A stretch of DNA of 24,818 nt from Methanothrix sp. (GTDB lineage: Archaea; Halobacteriota; Methanosarcinia; Methanotrichales; Methanotrichaceae): NCBI GenBank assembly GCA_037128175.1, contig JBAXWY010000043.1, forward strand, positions 1 to 24,818, given 5' to 3'. Both the position numbers and the translations under genes were made by a program. Within the stretch, counting starts at the first letter, position 1, and every line of letters starts with the position of its first letter. This document shows positions 1 through 9,380 of the stretch, in pieces. The notes below the pieces were generated by a model. It ran no database searches and was not told where the DNA came from. It saw only the letters and a program-made list of their open reading frames with translations.

Positions 1-257
1 TCGACAGAGGAAACGGCAATGTGGCCTTGCAGGCAGCCAATGGCCAGTACGTCTGTGCAGAAGGCGGCGGCGGTAACGTGGTTGTGGCCAACCGCAATGC
101 CATCGCTGCCTGGGAGACATTCAAGCTCATCGACAGAGGAAACGGCAATGTGGCCTTGCAGGCAGCCAATGGCCAGTACGTCTGCGCAGAAGGCGGCGGA
201 GGCAACGTGGTTGTGGCCAACCGCAATGCCATTGCCGCATGGGAGACGTTCAAACTC
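1..257 (+). repeat. 129-bp (43 aa) tandem repeat, two near-identical copies visible, fascin-like
   Basis: tcgacagaggaaacggcaatgtggccttgcaggcagccaatggccagtacgtctg occurs at 1 and 130. The copies differ almost only at third codon positions. Confidence 0.9.
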
Positions 258-3200
258 TACACATTTAAAAATGTTTGTGCAAGCGGCTGTAAGTATTCCA
301 GCATCCAAGCCGCGGTAGACGCTGCAAACCCTGGTGCCACCATTTATGTGGCTGCTGGAACCTACCATGAGGATGTCAACATCAATAAATGCCTAACCAT
401 TATAGGTACTGGCAATCCTACTGCCACCAGATTAACCTTAAATGCAATGCTTGGAGCAGGCTCAGGCGGAATAACTGCGCCAATAGTCTACGTGAACCCA
501 ACTGCTAGAATTCAGGATGGTGTTACTATTGCATCTTCAGGAGGGACTGTCAATGTGGCTGAAGGAACCTACCTTGAAGATGTCAATATCAACAAAGGTC
601 TAACCCTGAAGGGACTGGGCAATCCAACTGCTAAAAGCTTCTCATTGACCAACAGTGCAATTCTGGGTGCAGAATCTGGTGGGATTACGGGACCACTAGT
701 TACTGTGAATCCGTATTCTACGATCACGAACGGTATTCTGCTATCATCTCAGGATGTACATGTATACGGTAACGGTGGAACCTATACCTATGATGATGAA
801 CTGGATACGAGCTTGTATGGAAATGGCATAGTCATAGCAGGTTACAGCAATCCGGTAACAAGAAGCATATCAATTAACAGAGAGATAACTGAGAAGATCA
901 GTGGCATAACAGCCAATACCGTGAACGTGAAGCCAAATGCCAAGATAATGCAAGGAATTGAGCTGGCAAATACTGGTGCAACAGTGAATGTAAATGGCAT
1001 ATCCGGATACACCTATAGCGATGACCTGACTCAGGACTTTTATGCAAAAACCATCACGCTAACTGGAATCGGTAATCCGATAACCAGAAGCATTTCGCTA
1101 AACCAGCATGTAGCGGGAAAGATTAGTGGCATAATATCCAATGCGGTAAACGTCTTGAATCCAAACGCCAAAATACAAGAAGGCTTAACATTTGCATATT
1201 CGGGAGGAACAGTTAATGTAGCTACGGGAACCTACCTTGAGGAGGTCAACATCAATAAATGCCTAACCATTACGGGTACTGGCAATCCGATTGCCAGCAG
1301 CTTTACCTTGAATGCAATACTTGGAACAGGTTCAGTCGGAATAACTGCGCCAATAGTTAATGTAAATCCTGCTGCAAAAATTCAGGATGGTGTTATTTTT
1401 GCGTCTTCAGGGGGGACAGTCAACGTGGCTGCGGGAACCTACCTTGAAGATGTCAATATCAACAAGGGTCTAACCCTGAAGGGACTTGGCAATCCAACTG
1501 CTAAAAGCTTCTCATTGACCAACAGTGCGATTCTAGGAGCAGAATCAGGTGGTATTACTGGACCACTAGTCACTGTGAATCCGTATTCTACGATCACGAA
1601 TGGTATTCTGCTATCATCTCAGGATGTACATGTATACGGTGACGGTGGAACCTATACCTATGATGATGAACTGGATACGAGCTTGTATGGAAATGGCATA
1701 GTCATAGCAGGTTACAGCAATCCGGTAACAAGAAGCATATCAATTAACAGAGAGATAACTGAGAAGATCAGTGGCATAACAGCCAATACCGTGAACGTGA
1801 AGCCAAATGCCAAGATAATGCAAGGAATTGAGCTGGCAAATACTGGTGCAACAGTGAATGTAAATGGCATATCCGGATACACCTATAGCGATGACCTGAC
1901 ACAGGACTTTTATGCAAAAACCATCACGTTAACTGGGATAAATAATCCTGTAACAAACAGCTTCACGTTAAATCAGGATGTAGCGGGAATGATTAGTGGC
2001 ATAACTGCCAATGCTGTAGAGGTGTATCCAAATGCCAAGATAATGCAAGGAATTGATTTGGCAAATACAGGTGCAACAATCAATGCAAATGGCGTATCAG
2101 GATACACATATAGTGATGATTTGACTCAGAACTTTTATTTAAAAGCCATCACGTTGACCGGGATCAATAATCCGATAACGAGTGGAATTTCGCTAGACAA
2201 GCCTGTGGCCGGAAAAATTAGTGGCATAACAGCTAATACAGTAAACGTTTTGAACCCTAATGCCAAGATACAGGATGGCGTTACCCTTACGTCATCCGGA
2301 GGAACAGTCAAAGTGGCTGCAGGGACCTACTTAGAGGATGCAAATATCAACAAAGACCTAACACTGAAGGTACAGGGCAATCCAACTGCTAACAGCTTCT
2401 CATTGATCAATAGTGCGATTCTGGGAGCAGGATCTGGCGGAATAACTGCACCCTTAATAACTGTGAACGCCGGTTCTAAGATCCAGGATGGAATTACTCT
2501 GGCATCCACAAACGGCAAGGTCAATGTGAATGCGGGAACCTTCGCAGACAACTTGGACCAGAGCTTCTACATAAGTGGTGTTACGCTAACTGGATTCAAT
2601 AATCCTGTAACCAACAGCTTCACGCTGAATCAGGATATAGATGGAAAGATTAGCGGCATAACAGCCAATACCGTGAACGTGAATCCTAGCGCCAAAATAC
2701 AGGATAGCTTTTCCCTTATTTCATCCGGAGGAACAGTTAAAGTGGCTGCGGGGACCTACATTGAGGATGTCAACATAAATAAAGACCTAACCCTGAAGGG
2801 ACATGGCAATCCAACTGCTAACAGCTTCGCATTGATCAATAGTGCGATTCTGGGTGCTGGATCTGGCGGAATAACCGCACCCTTAATAACTGTGAACGCC
2901 GGTTCTAAGATCCAGGATGGAATTACTCTGGCATCCACAAACGGCAAGGTCAATGTGAATGCGGGAACCTTCGCAGACAACTTGGACCAGAGCTTCTACA
3001 TAAGTGGTGTTACGCTAACTGGATTCAATAATCCTGTAACCAACAGCTTCACGCTGAATCAGGATATAGATGGAAAGATTAGCGGCATAACAGCCAATAC
3101 CGTGAACGTGAATCCTAGCGCCAAAATACAGGATAGCTTTTCCCTTATTTCATCCGGAGGAACAGTTAAAGTGGCTGCGGGGACCTACATTGAGGATGTC

Positions 3201-4427
3201 AACATAAATAAAGACCTAACCCTGAAGGGACATGGCAATCCAACTGCTAACAGCTTCGCATTGATCAATAGTGCGATTCTGGGAGCTGGATCTGGCGGAA
3301 TAACTGCACCCATAATAACTGTGAACGCCGGCTCCAAGATCCAAGATGGAATTACTCTGGCATCCACAAACGGCGAGGTCAATGTGAATGCAGGAACCTT
3401 CGCAGACAACTTGGACCAGAGCTTCTACATAAGAGGTGTTACGCTAAACGGAGTTGGAAATCCAGTAACCAACAGCTTCACGCTGAATCAGGACGTAGAT
3501 GGAAAGATTCGCGGCATAACAGCCAATACCGTGAACGTGGATCCAAACGCCAAGATACAGGATGGCGTTACCCTCTCATTGTCAAGAGGGACAGTCAATG
3601 CGGCTGCAGGAACATATAAAGAGAACCCGATTATCGACAAGTCGCTGACCGTAAACGGTGCCGGAGCAGGTAGCACTACGGTGAATGGCAATAAAGCGGG
3701 CTCTATATTCACGGTGGGCAGGAATGATCCCAACATTGATGTATCCCTGTCGGGCTTGACCATTACGGGCGGTACTGGTACTTCTGCAATCGGAGGAATA
3801 TTGGGCGGTGGTATCGTCAACTATGGCAGGCTGTTCGTAACAGACAGCATAATATCCGGTAACTCGGCTGAGCATGGCGGTGGAGTCTACAACTACGGCA
3901 CCATGACCATGAACAGCGGCAGTATAACCGGGAACACAGGTGGCGGATTATTCAACAATGGGGGCACCGTGAACCTGGACGGTGGCAGCATAACTGGGAA
4001 CGCAGGTGGCGGATTATTCAATAATGGGGGCACCGTGAACCTGGACGGAAGTAGCATAACTGGGAACACAGGCGGTGGGATTTACAACAAAGGCACCATG
4101 AACATGAACAGCGGTAGCATAACCGAGAACACAGCACAATCAGGAGGCGGGATCTTCAACTATCCCGAAGGCACCGTAAATCTGAACGGCGGCAGCATAT
4201 CAGGGAACACAGCAACAGAATACGGGGGAGGGATATACTCCTCCAATTCGATGATTACATTTGAAGGCACACAAGTTGTTGTGACATCAAACAAGGCTCA
4301 TTTGCCATCGCCTCCTGAACTAAGCTGGTATCAAGGATGGGGGTTATATATCCCTTCAGTTATTCCACCGACAACATCCAATGGATTTGATCCGGCAACG
4401 CAAGTAACTGGCAGTACTCAAATCTAG
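3..4427 (+). CDS. Large repetitive cell-surface/adhesin-like protein (fascin-like repeats, tandem pectin-lyase-like beta-helix cap modules, C-terminal GG(G/A)IYN beta-helix); 5' end lies outside the window
   Basis: The frame is open from position 3 (DRGNGNVALQAANGQYVCAEGGG...). Fascin-like motifs ALxAxNGxYVCAE and WETF are present, then the repeated SIQAAVDAAxxGxTIxVAAGTYxEDVNINKxLTxxG motif, then C-terminal GGGIYN/GN-rich repeats. Stop is TAG at 4425-4427. Confidence 0.85.
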   Translation, partial: DRGNGNVALQAANGQYVCAEGGGGNVVVANRNAIAAWETFKLIDRGNGNVALQAANGQYVCAEGGGGNVVVANRNAIAAWETFKLYTFKNVCASGCKYSSIQAAVDAANPGATIYVAAGTYHEDVNINKCLTIIGTGNPTATRLTLNAMLGAGSGGITAPIVYVNPTARIQDGVTIASSGGTVNVAEGTYLEDVNINKGLTLKGLGNPTAKSFSLTNSAILGAESGGITGPLVTVNPYSTITNGILLSSQDVHVYGNGGTYTYDDELDTSLYGNGIVIAGYSNPVTRSISINREITEKISGITANTVNVKPNAKIMQGIELANTGATVNVNGISGYTYSDDLTQDFYAKTITLTGIGNPITRSISLNQHVAGKISGIISNAVNVLNPNAKIQEGLTFAYSGGTVNVATGTYLEEVNINKCLTITGTGNPIASSFTLNAILGTGSVGITAPIVNVNPAAKIQDGVIFASSGGTVNVAAGTYLEDVNINKGLTLKGLGNPTAKSFSLTNSAILGAESGGITGPLVTVNPYSTITNGILLSSQDVHVYGDGGTYTYDDELDTSLYGNGIVIAGYSNPVTRSISINREITEKISGITANTVNVKPNAKIMQGIELANTGATVNVNGISGYTYSDDLTQDFYAKTITLTGINNPVTNSFTLNQDVAGMISGITANAVEVYPNAKIMQGIDLANTGATINANGVSGYTYSDDLTQNFYLKAITLTGINNPITSGISLDKPVAGKISGITANTVNVLNPNAKIQDGVTLTSSGGTVKVAAGTYLEDANINKDLTLKVQGNPTANSFSLINSAILGAGSGGITAPLITVNAGSKIQDGITLASTNGKVNVNAGTFADNLDQSFYISGVTLTGFNNPVTNSFTLNQDIDGKISGITANTVNVNPSAKIQDSFSLISSGGTVKVAAGTYIEDVNINKDLTLKGHGNPTANSFALINSAILGAGSGGITAPLITVNAGSKIQDGITLASTNGKVNVNAGTFADNLDQSFYISGVTLTGFNNPVTNSFTLNQDIDGKISGITANTVNVNPSAKIQDSFSLISSGGTVKVAAGTYIEDVNINKDLTLKGHGNPTANSFALINSAILGAGSGGITAPIITVNAGSKIQDGITLASTNGEVNVNAGTFADNLDQSFYIRGVTLNGVGNPVTNSFTLNQDVDGKIRGITANTVNVDPNAKIQDGVTLSLSRGTVNAAAGTYKENPIIDKSLTVNGAGAGSTTVNGNKAGSIFTVGRNDPNIDVSLSGLTITGGTGTSAIGGILGGGIVNYGRLFVTDSIISGNSAEHGGGVYNYGTMTMNSGSITGNTGGGLFNNGGTVNLDGGSITGNAGGGLFNNGGTVNLDGSSITGNTGGGIYNKGTMNMNSGSITENTAQSGGGIFNYPEGTVNLNGGSISGNTATEYGGGIYSSNSMITFEGTQVVVTSNKAHLPSPPELSWYQGWGLYIPSVIPPTTSNGFDPATQVTGSTQI
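345..1950 (+). repeat. 870-bp (290 aa) intragenic direct repeat, about 1.8 copies
   Basis: cctaccxtgagga...atcaataaatgcctaaccat at 361 and 1231; accttgaagatgtcaatatc at 571 and 1441. The central parts are almost identical. Confidence 0.9.
2292..3575 (+). repeat. 429-bp (143 aa) intragenic tandem repeat, 3 copies
   Basis: tcatccggaggaacag at 2292, 2721 and 3150. About 2448-2854 is identical by eye to 2877-3283. Confidence 0.92.
3924..4125 (+). repeat. 66-bp (22 aa) tandem repeat ITGNxGGGLFNNGGTVNLDGxS, about 3 copies (beta-helix rungs)
   Basis: ataacxgggaac at 3924, 3990 and 4056. Confidence 0.85.
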
Positions 4428-4443
4428 ACGCCGGGCGAGCGGC

Positions 4444-5667
4444 TCATTCCGCCCGCAGCGCCTCGATGGGATCAAGCTTTGCGGCCCGGTTGGCCGGATA
4501 GACCCCGGCGATCGTCGTGGTAACCACCCCGAAGAGCAGCCCCAGCAAGAGGGACTGGGCGGTTATGGCCGACGGGAGAGAAGCCAGCGATCCTATGAGA
4601 TAGGAGACCGTTACCCCCATAACAATGCCTATGATACTGGAGACCACCCCCAGCACTCCCGCCTCCAGAATATACTGCATGCGAATGTCCCTGGTGGTCG
4701 CGCCCAATGCCTTCATGACCCCGATCTCCCGAATCCTCTCTTTCACCGTGAGCATCATGACATTGGCGATGCCGATTCCCCCCACCAGGAGCGAAATGGC
4801 ACCGATGCCCGCCAACGCATACTTGATCATGGACAGGACGCTCATGAGCGAGGCAAGCATATCACGAGCCGTGGTGGCATCATAGGCCTCGTTTTTGTGA
4901 TACCTCAAAAGGTCATTCTTGATCTTTTCAATGATGCTTTCCACCTGCGCCGGATCGTTAACGGTTACCTGAAAGGAACCGTAGTAGTAATTGTCCTCAC
5001 CCTTCAGCTCCTTCATGGCTTTATGCGTGATGTACATCTGATTGTTGCTACTCCCGCCCGGACCGCTAAAGGATGTCTGCTCCGCCTCCTTTTGCACGCC
5101 TACCACTTTGAAGTCCATGTAGCGGTCTTTAAGGTAAAGCCGGATCTTGTTTCCCGGCGTGACCTTCATGCGAAAGAGATCCTGTGAGACGCCGTTTCCA
5201 ATGACGATTGACTTATAATCGGAGCCCGTAAGGAACCGGCCTTCGGCTACGTCGCCTTTGAGCGTCTCCTCTTTGTCCGGGTCCACGCCGGTGAGGCTGG
5301 CAGAGGCATTGGTGTTCCGGAAGGAGACCACCACATTGGCAGAGGTCTCTGGGGCAACATTCTTCACACCCACCACATTCTCCAGAACCTTGGTGTCCTT
5401 CTCGGTGAACTTGGCAGGCTCGGCCGGATTCCTATTCTGGTCAGCACCGGGACCGCCGAAATGGGCGCTTCCAGGCATGACGCGAATCATATCCAGATTG
5501 AGGGTGGAGAACTGAGAGGACACCCCGGAGTAAAGCCCCTCGCCCACGGATAGCATGACCACTATAGCCATAACGCCGATGATTATGCCTAGAGAAGACA
5601 TGAGCGTCTTGAAGCGGTCGGCCCGAAAGCCGACGGCAATAAACTCCAGTATGTCAGGAAGATTCAT
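4444..5667 (-). CDS. MacB/FtsX-family ABC transporter permease
   Basis: N-terminal R-x2-TLMSSLGIIIGV TM helix, large extracytoplasmic domain, GGIGIANVMMLTVKERIREIGVMKALGA, and C-terminal YPANRAAKLDPIEALRAE signature. Confidence 0.95.
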   Translation of the reverse strand: MNLPDILEFIAVGFRADRFKTLMSSLGIIIGVMAIVVMLSVGEGLYSGVSSQFSTLNLDMIRVMPGSAHFGGPGADQNRNPAEPAKFTEKDTKVLENVVGVKNVAPETSANVVVSFRNTNASASLTGVDPDKEETLKGDVAEGRFLTGSDYKSIVIGNGVSQDLFRMKVTPGNKIRLYLKDRYMDFKVVGVQKEAEQTSFSGPGGSSNNQMYITHKAMKELKGEDNYYYGSFQVTVNDPAQVESIIEKIKNDLLRYHKNEAYDATTARDMLASLMSVLSMIKYALAGIGAISLLVGGIGIANVMMLTVKERIREIGVMKALGATTRDIRMQYILEAGVLGVVSSIIGIVMGVTVSYLIGSLASLPSAITAQSLLLGLLFGVVTTTIAGVYPANRAAKLDPIEALRAE

Positions 5668-5681
5668 CTGCCACCTATACT

Positions 5682-6593
5682 TTAAGATGCTCGATTTCCA
5701 TTCGAGGAATTGTTGTTGCTCTTGCTGGCGAGCTTTCGCCTGCGGTACAGATATCCGCCCGCGATGAGCACAATCAGAGCGGCTGCGCCCACGGGCAGTA
5801 GGTAACTGCTCTGCGTGTTGTTATCCTTAGGCGGGGTATAAGTGGTAACGTAGGCTTGGGACAGGTGCCAGTTGTCTCCGTTCTTGAATTTGGCCGCAAA
5901 GCTCAGGTTGACCGGATTTTGAAGGATTTTTGCCGCATCTGTTGACTGTATGCCAAAGCTGATGGTGAAGACCTCATCCGGGTCCATGGTGCCGATATAA
6001 TACTCATCAGGCGAAAAGACAATTCCCTTGGCAGAGGGCACAATAGTGACCGCATTGAGGGTGTTCTCTCGGGGATTGGCTACATTGAGGTTGAAGATTG
6101 ATGCGGCAGCCTCAGCGCGGGCCAGGCCCACGGGTGTATCATCCACTTTGACGAGAATCTCGCGGTTGATAGTGGTCATGTCATATCCGCCCACCACCTG
6201 GAAGTCCAGGAGATACGTTCCGCTGGAGATGTTGTCCGCCGCTCGAATCTTGTAGTAGACTGTGATCTTGTCGTTGGGGCCGATCATGCCCAGATCCCGG
6301 CGATCTTCTGTGAGCACCTCGAGCTCCTGTGAGCTTTTTAAAGATGTTCTGTTAAGGGGTGTGGAGAGAAGTGCGGCCTGGGCAGAGCTGCCTGCACCTG
6401 CATCTTTTCCTACTCCGTAGGAGGCAGCGCCGTTGGCCAGCTCGATGGCCAGCACAGCCTCGTCTCCGGGCAGGAGCACGGCGGGAGTCATAGTTGTCTG
6501 TATGTTCACAGGCATGCGATACTCGTAAGCTGCTGCAAAGCCTGATGCCAGCAGGAGCAGTAATAAAATTTGAATTAATCGTAACATGTTCAT
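5682..6593 (-). CDS. Secreted, membrane-anchored COG1361 (S-layer-domain-like) protein associated with the ABC transporter
   Basis: Signal peptide (ILLLLLLASGFAAA), Ig-like beta-rich body with YYIGTMDPDEVFTISF, and a C-terminal TM helix followed by RRRK. ATGA overlap with the upstream ATPase stop. Confidence 0.8.
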   Translation of the reverse strand: MNMLRLIQILLLLLLASGFAAAYEYRMPVNIQTTMTPAVLLPGDEAVLAIELANGAASYGVGKDAGAGSSAQAALLSTPLNRTSLKSSQELEVLTEDRRDLGMIGPNDKITVYYKIRAADNISSGTYLLDFQVVGGYDMTTINREILVKVDDTPVGLARAEAAASIFNLNVANPRENTLNAVTIVPSAKGIVFSPDEYYIGTMDPDEVFTISFGIQSTDAAKILQNPVNLSFAAKFKNGDNWHLSQAYVTTYTPPKDNNTQSSYLLPVGAAALIVLIAGGYLYRRRKLASKSNNNSSNGNRAS

Positions 6594-7291
6594 GATGCGC
6601 TCTCCAGAATGCGTCCGTCTCGAAGCCTTATGACGCGACTGCAGTTCTCGGTGATTTCTGGGTTGTGGGTAACCATGATTATGGTTCTGCCCTCTTGGTT
6701 CAATTTGCTTAGAATTTTCATGACCTCATTGCTGTTTTTGAGGTCCAGGTTTCCTGTGGGCTCATCGGCGATTATTATCGTGGGATCATTGGCTAAAGCT
6801 CTGGCAATGGCCACTCTTTGCCGCTCTCCTCCGGATATGTTCTGGGGGCTGAAATCAGAGCGGTGATCAATGCCTATGTCCTGGAGCAGCTTTAAAGCAC
6901 GCTCCCTTCGCTTCTGGCGCACGACTCCACGAAGCATCATGGGGAGCTCCACGTTCTTTTGCACACTGATGCGACCGATGAGGTTGAAGGTCTGGAAGAT
7001 GAATCCCAGCTCTTCTCTTCTTAAGCGAGCCAGCTCATCATCCGAGGTAAGGCTGATGTCCTGGCCTAAGAGCAGGAAACGGCCGCTCGTGGGCCGGTCC
7101 AGGCAGCCCACGATGTTGAGGAGGGTGGATTTGCCGCTGCCGGATGGTCCCATGAGTGCAATGAACTCGCCATCTTCTATCTGCAGGTCAATGCCCTTGA
7201 GAACTGCATACTCGCTCTCACCGATGCGATATGTTTTCTGAATATCTTTTAGCTCGATAACTTTTGAAATGATTTTCACCTTCAAAGTCAC
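6590..7291 (-). CDS. ABC transporter ATP-binding protein (LolD/MacB-like); start may be GTG 7279
   Basis: Walker A GPSGSGKST, signature ISGGERQRVAIARA, Walker B IIIADEPTGNLD, H-loop VTH. Confidence 0.96.
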   Translation of the reverse strand: MTLKVKIISKVIELKDIQKTYRIGESEYAVLKGIDLQIEDGEFIALMGPSGSGKSTLLNIVGCLDRPTSGRFLLLGQDISLTSDDELARLRREELGFIFQTFNLIGRISVQKNVELPMMLRGVVRQKRRERALKLLQDIGIDHRSDFSPQNISGGERQRVAIARALANDPTIIIADEPTGNLDLKNSNEVMKILSKLNQEGRTIIMVTHNPEITENCSRVIRLRDGRILESAS

Positions 7292-7399
7292 AATCTTATT
7301 GCCGGTTTCTTAATTATTGTGCCGTCACCCAGCTGGTCTATAGCAAGCTTATCTCCAGAATTCAGGCCCAATTTAAATCTAATGTCATCCCATTCAACC

Positions 7400-7618
7400 T
7401 TATGCTTCCCTTTTGCCGATGGGACCTTCTTCCAGTCGCTTCCAGATGGTCAGTCCATGATTGTTCTGGGTCAAGATGAATCCCAGCCCCCTTAGCTCCA
7501 ATCTGGCTTGCTGGGGGCTCAGTCCACAGGCTTGAGCTACACGCTTCAGTTCTCCGCGATCAAGGATCTGACCCCGTAAACATGGCTTATGTTTTAAGTA
7601 TTCTCTGATTGCTTTCAT
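7400..7618 (-). CDS. Small basic hypothetical protein (72 aa, possibly winged-helix-like)
   Basis: ATG 7618 is preceded by an SD-like GGGGAT and by TTATATA about 70 nt upstream. The longer 149-aa ORF call would run through this promoter. Confidence 0.65.
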   Translation of the reverse strand: MKAIREYLKHKPCLRGQILDRGELKRVAQACGLSPQQARLELRGLGFILTQNNHGLTIWKRLEEGPIGKREA

Positions 7619-7686
7619 GTTTCGATCCCCTATTATCATCAGGTCCTTTGCTGCAAACCAGCCAGGTTTAACCGTGCACGGAACGA

Positions 7687-7693
7687 TATATAA
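7687..7693 (-). promoter_or_regulatory. Putative archaeal TATA box (TTATATA) for the 72-aa ORF
   Basis: Reverse complement of tatataa at 7687-7693. Confidence 0.45.
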
Positions 7694-7870
7694 GAACTGA
7701 GCCGAACGAACGCCCAATTTTCCGAGGAAAACCTGCCAGCAAATCCTCCGTAAATTGTTCCTTTTTGGCCCAAAAACGCTAAAATAGTTCGAATCGCCGG
7801 ACGGCTGAATCATTAAGCGGTGAAACGAGGCGGCGCACCCGCGTAGCAAGCAAGAGATTTTGTGAGCAGA

Positions 7871-9190
7871 TTACAAATTTCCATCCGATTTTATAATATC
7901 CAGGAACTCCAAAACGGAGTATGCCGACCGATTGACTCCGGCACTTCTCTTCGTGGTATCCGTTCCTACGCAGTATAGATTTTTTATTGGAGTACGCACA
8001 TCCCCAAAGCCGCAATTTATGCCCCAGGATGCTTTTTCAGGTATCAATTCCTGATAATGGATCATATCGATATGCGTTTCGATATCCGGTATGTTATCGA
8101 CTATTGTTTGAAATGCCTTTTTCTTTATTGTCGATGCATCATATTCGCCGGGCAGGGTAAATGCGAAACCTACCAGCTGATTTCCTTGGGGTGCCAGGCT
8201 GGAATCGTAATTTGAGGTCGGAATTACCCAGGCATATGGGTCAGAGTCAACCCACATCTCCGAGCCATAATTGTTAAAGATTTTTTTGGTCAGGCCCAGC
8301 CATATGGTGAGAGAATTGACTCTTTTAATGGACGTTAAATTCTTGGTGTATGCAAAGGGCAGGTTATCGATCAGATGGGGCAGGTCGGATGAAAATCCGG
8401 AATAAACAACGGTATCGCAATCGTAGCTGTCGTCTGTTGTTACAACCCCTTCCACTCGCTCGCCGCATTCTATCCTTTTCACGGCAACATTGGTTTTGAT
8501 CTCCACGCGATCTTTGGGGAATGATTCCACAATAGAGCTTACAATGGATTGAAGACCGCCTTTGGGGTATCCCTGGTCTGTGGCGCCTTCCTTTATGAAC
8601 AGGTCATATAATTTCCCTACATAGGGAACCGTTCTGGGATGATGGGTTTTATTGTCTACGAATCGAGAAATAGGAGCATTTTCTATGGATGTTCCGACCA
8701 TGAAGTAACATAGCCAGTCCAGAAATCTTCGCGTCGTTATGGAGACCTTATTGGGAAGAATCTGAGAGAGTGTGATATTGGAAAAATCCTTGCCGGAATT
8801 TTTCAGATACAGGATATTGAACAACGCCCTCATCAAGAGCAATCTGTCCGTCATGGGAAGCAATCCAAACGTCAGCCAGGCATTGATGCTCCAGGGGAAC
8901 GGCTTTATCTCGCTGCCTATTTTCACATAGTATTTTCCTGAGGGGATAAACTCTGGAACTATTTTGAAATATCTGTCCATCAGTTCCTTGAGCGGGCCGT
9001 TCTCCAGCCTTGTTATGATGTGGGGACCAGTATCGACACGATAGCCGTTTACATCATAAGAGCGGCAAACTCCGCCAATGTAACTCTCTTTCTCTAAAAT
9101 CACTACCTTTTTGCCCTCCCTAGAAAGCGCTAGGGCGGACAATAAGCCACTGATTCCTGAACCAATTACAATGACATCATTCTTTTTCAT
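7871..9190 (-). CDS. FAD-dependent oxidoreductase, phytoene dehydrogenase/amine oxidase superfamily
   Basis: Rossmann motif VIVIGSGISGL...EKESYIGG, DTGPH, YPKGGLQSI, and C-terminal TPIKNLYCVG. Confidence 0.9.
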   Translation of the reverse strand: MKKNDVIVIGSGISGLLSALALSREGKKVVILEKESYIGGVCRSYDVNGYRVDTGPHIITRLENGPLKELMDRYFKIVPEFIPSGKYYVKIGSEIKPFPWSINAWLTFGLLPMTDRLLLMRALFNILYLKNSGKDFSNITLSQILPNKVSITTRRFLDWLCYFMVGTSIENAPISRFVDNKTHHPRTVPYVGKLYDLFIKEGATDQGYPKGGLQSIVSSIVESFPKDRVEIKTNVAVKRIECGERVEGVVTTDDSYDCDTVVYSGFSSDLPHLIDNLPFAYTKNLTSIKRVNSLTIWLGLTKKIFNNYGSEMWVDSDPYAWVIPTSNYDSSLAPQGNQLVGFAFTLPGEYDASTIKKKAFQTIVDNIPDIETHIDMIHYQELIPEKASWGINCGFGDVRTPIKNLYCVGTDTTKRSAGVNRSAYSVLEFLDIIKSDGNL

Positions 9191-9244
9191 GATATATTTC
9201 TCGAATTAGTTTCCCGAATCATTTCGCGTATTCTTTCGCTAGAA

Positions 9245-9258
9245 TTATTAAGGCTTTT
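9245..9258 (-). promoter_or_regulatory. Putative BRE/TATA (AAAAGCC-TTAATAA) for the oxidoreductase
   Basis: Minus strand reads ccaaaagccttaataa about 55 nt upstream of ATG 9190. Confidence 0.4.
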
Positions 9259-9380
9259 GGCTTTGCAGGGCACCATTTCAATTTAGCTGATTGACCGGCA
9301 TGCTTGGGAAACACAATACCAAAAACACCCACGGGCTAAAAAACCCGGCGCTCGATCAGATGGGACGATAGGTTAGGCCG

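Noticed and set aside
1-260. Tandem repeats as a CRISPR array
   Set aside because: The 129-bp period is in frame, there are no unique spacers, and variation is synonymous. It is a coding repeat.
2327-3409. Three near-identical 74-aa minus-strand ORFs
   Set aside because: Antisense shadows of the 429-bp coding repeat.
7790-7870. Possible integron attC site or hammerhead-like RNA after the oxidoreductase
   Set aside because: GTCCGGC only loosely resembles GTTRRRY, no matching RYYYAAC is present, and ctgaatca...gaaac does not fit the CUGANGA core.
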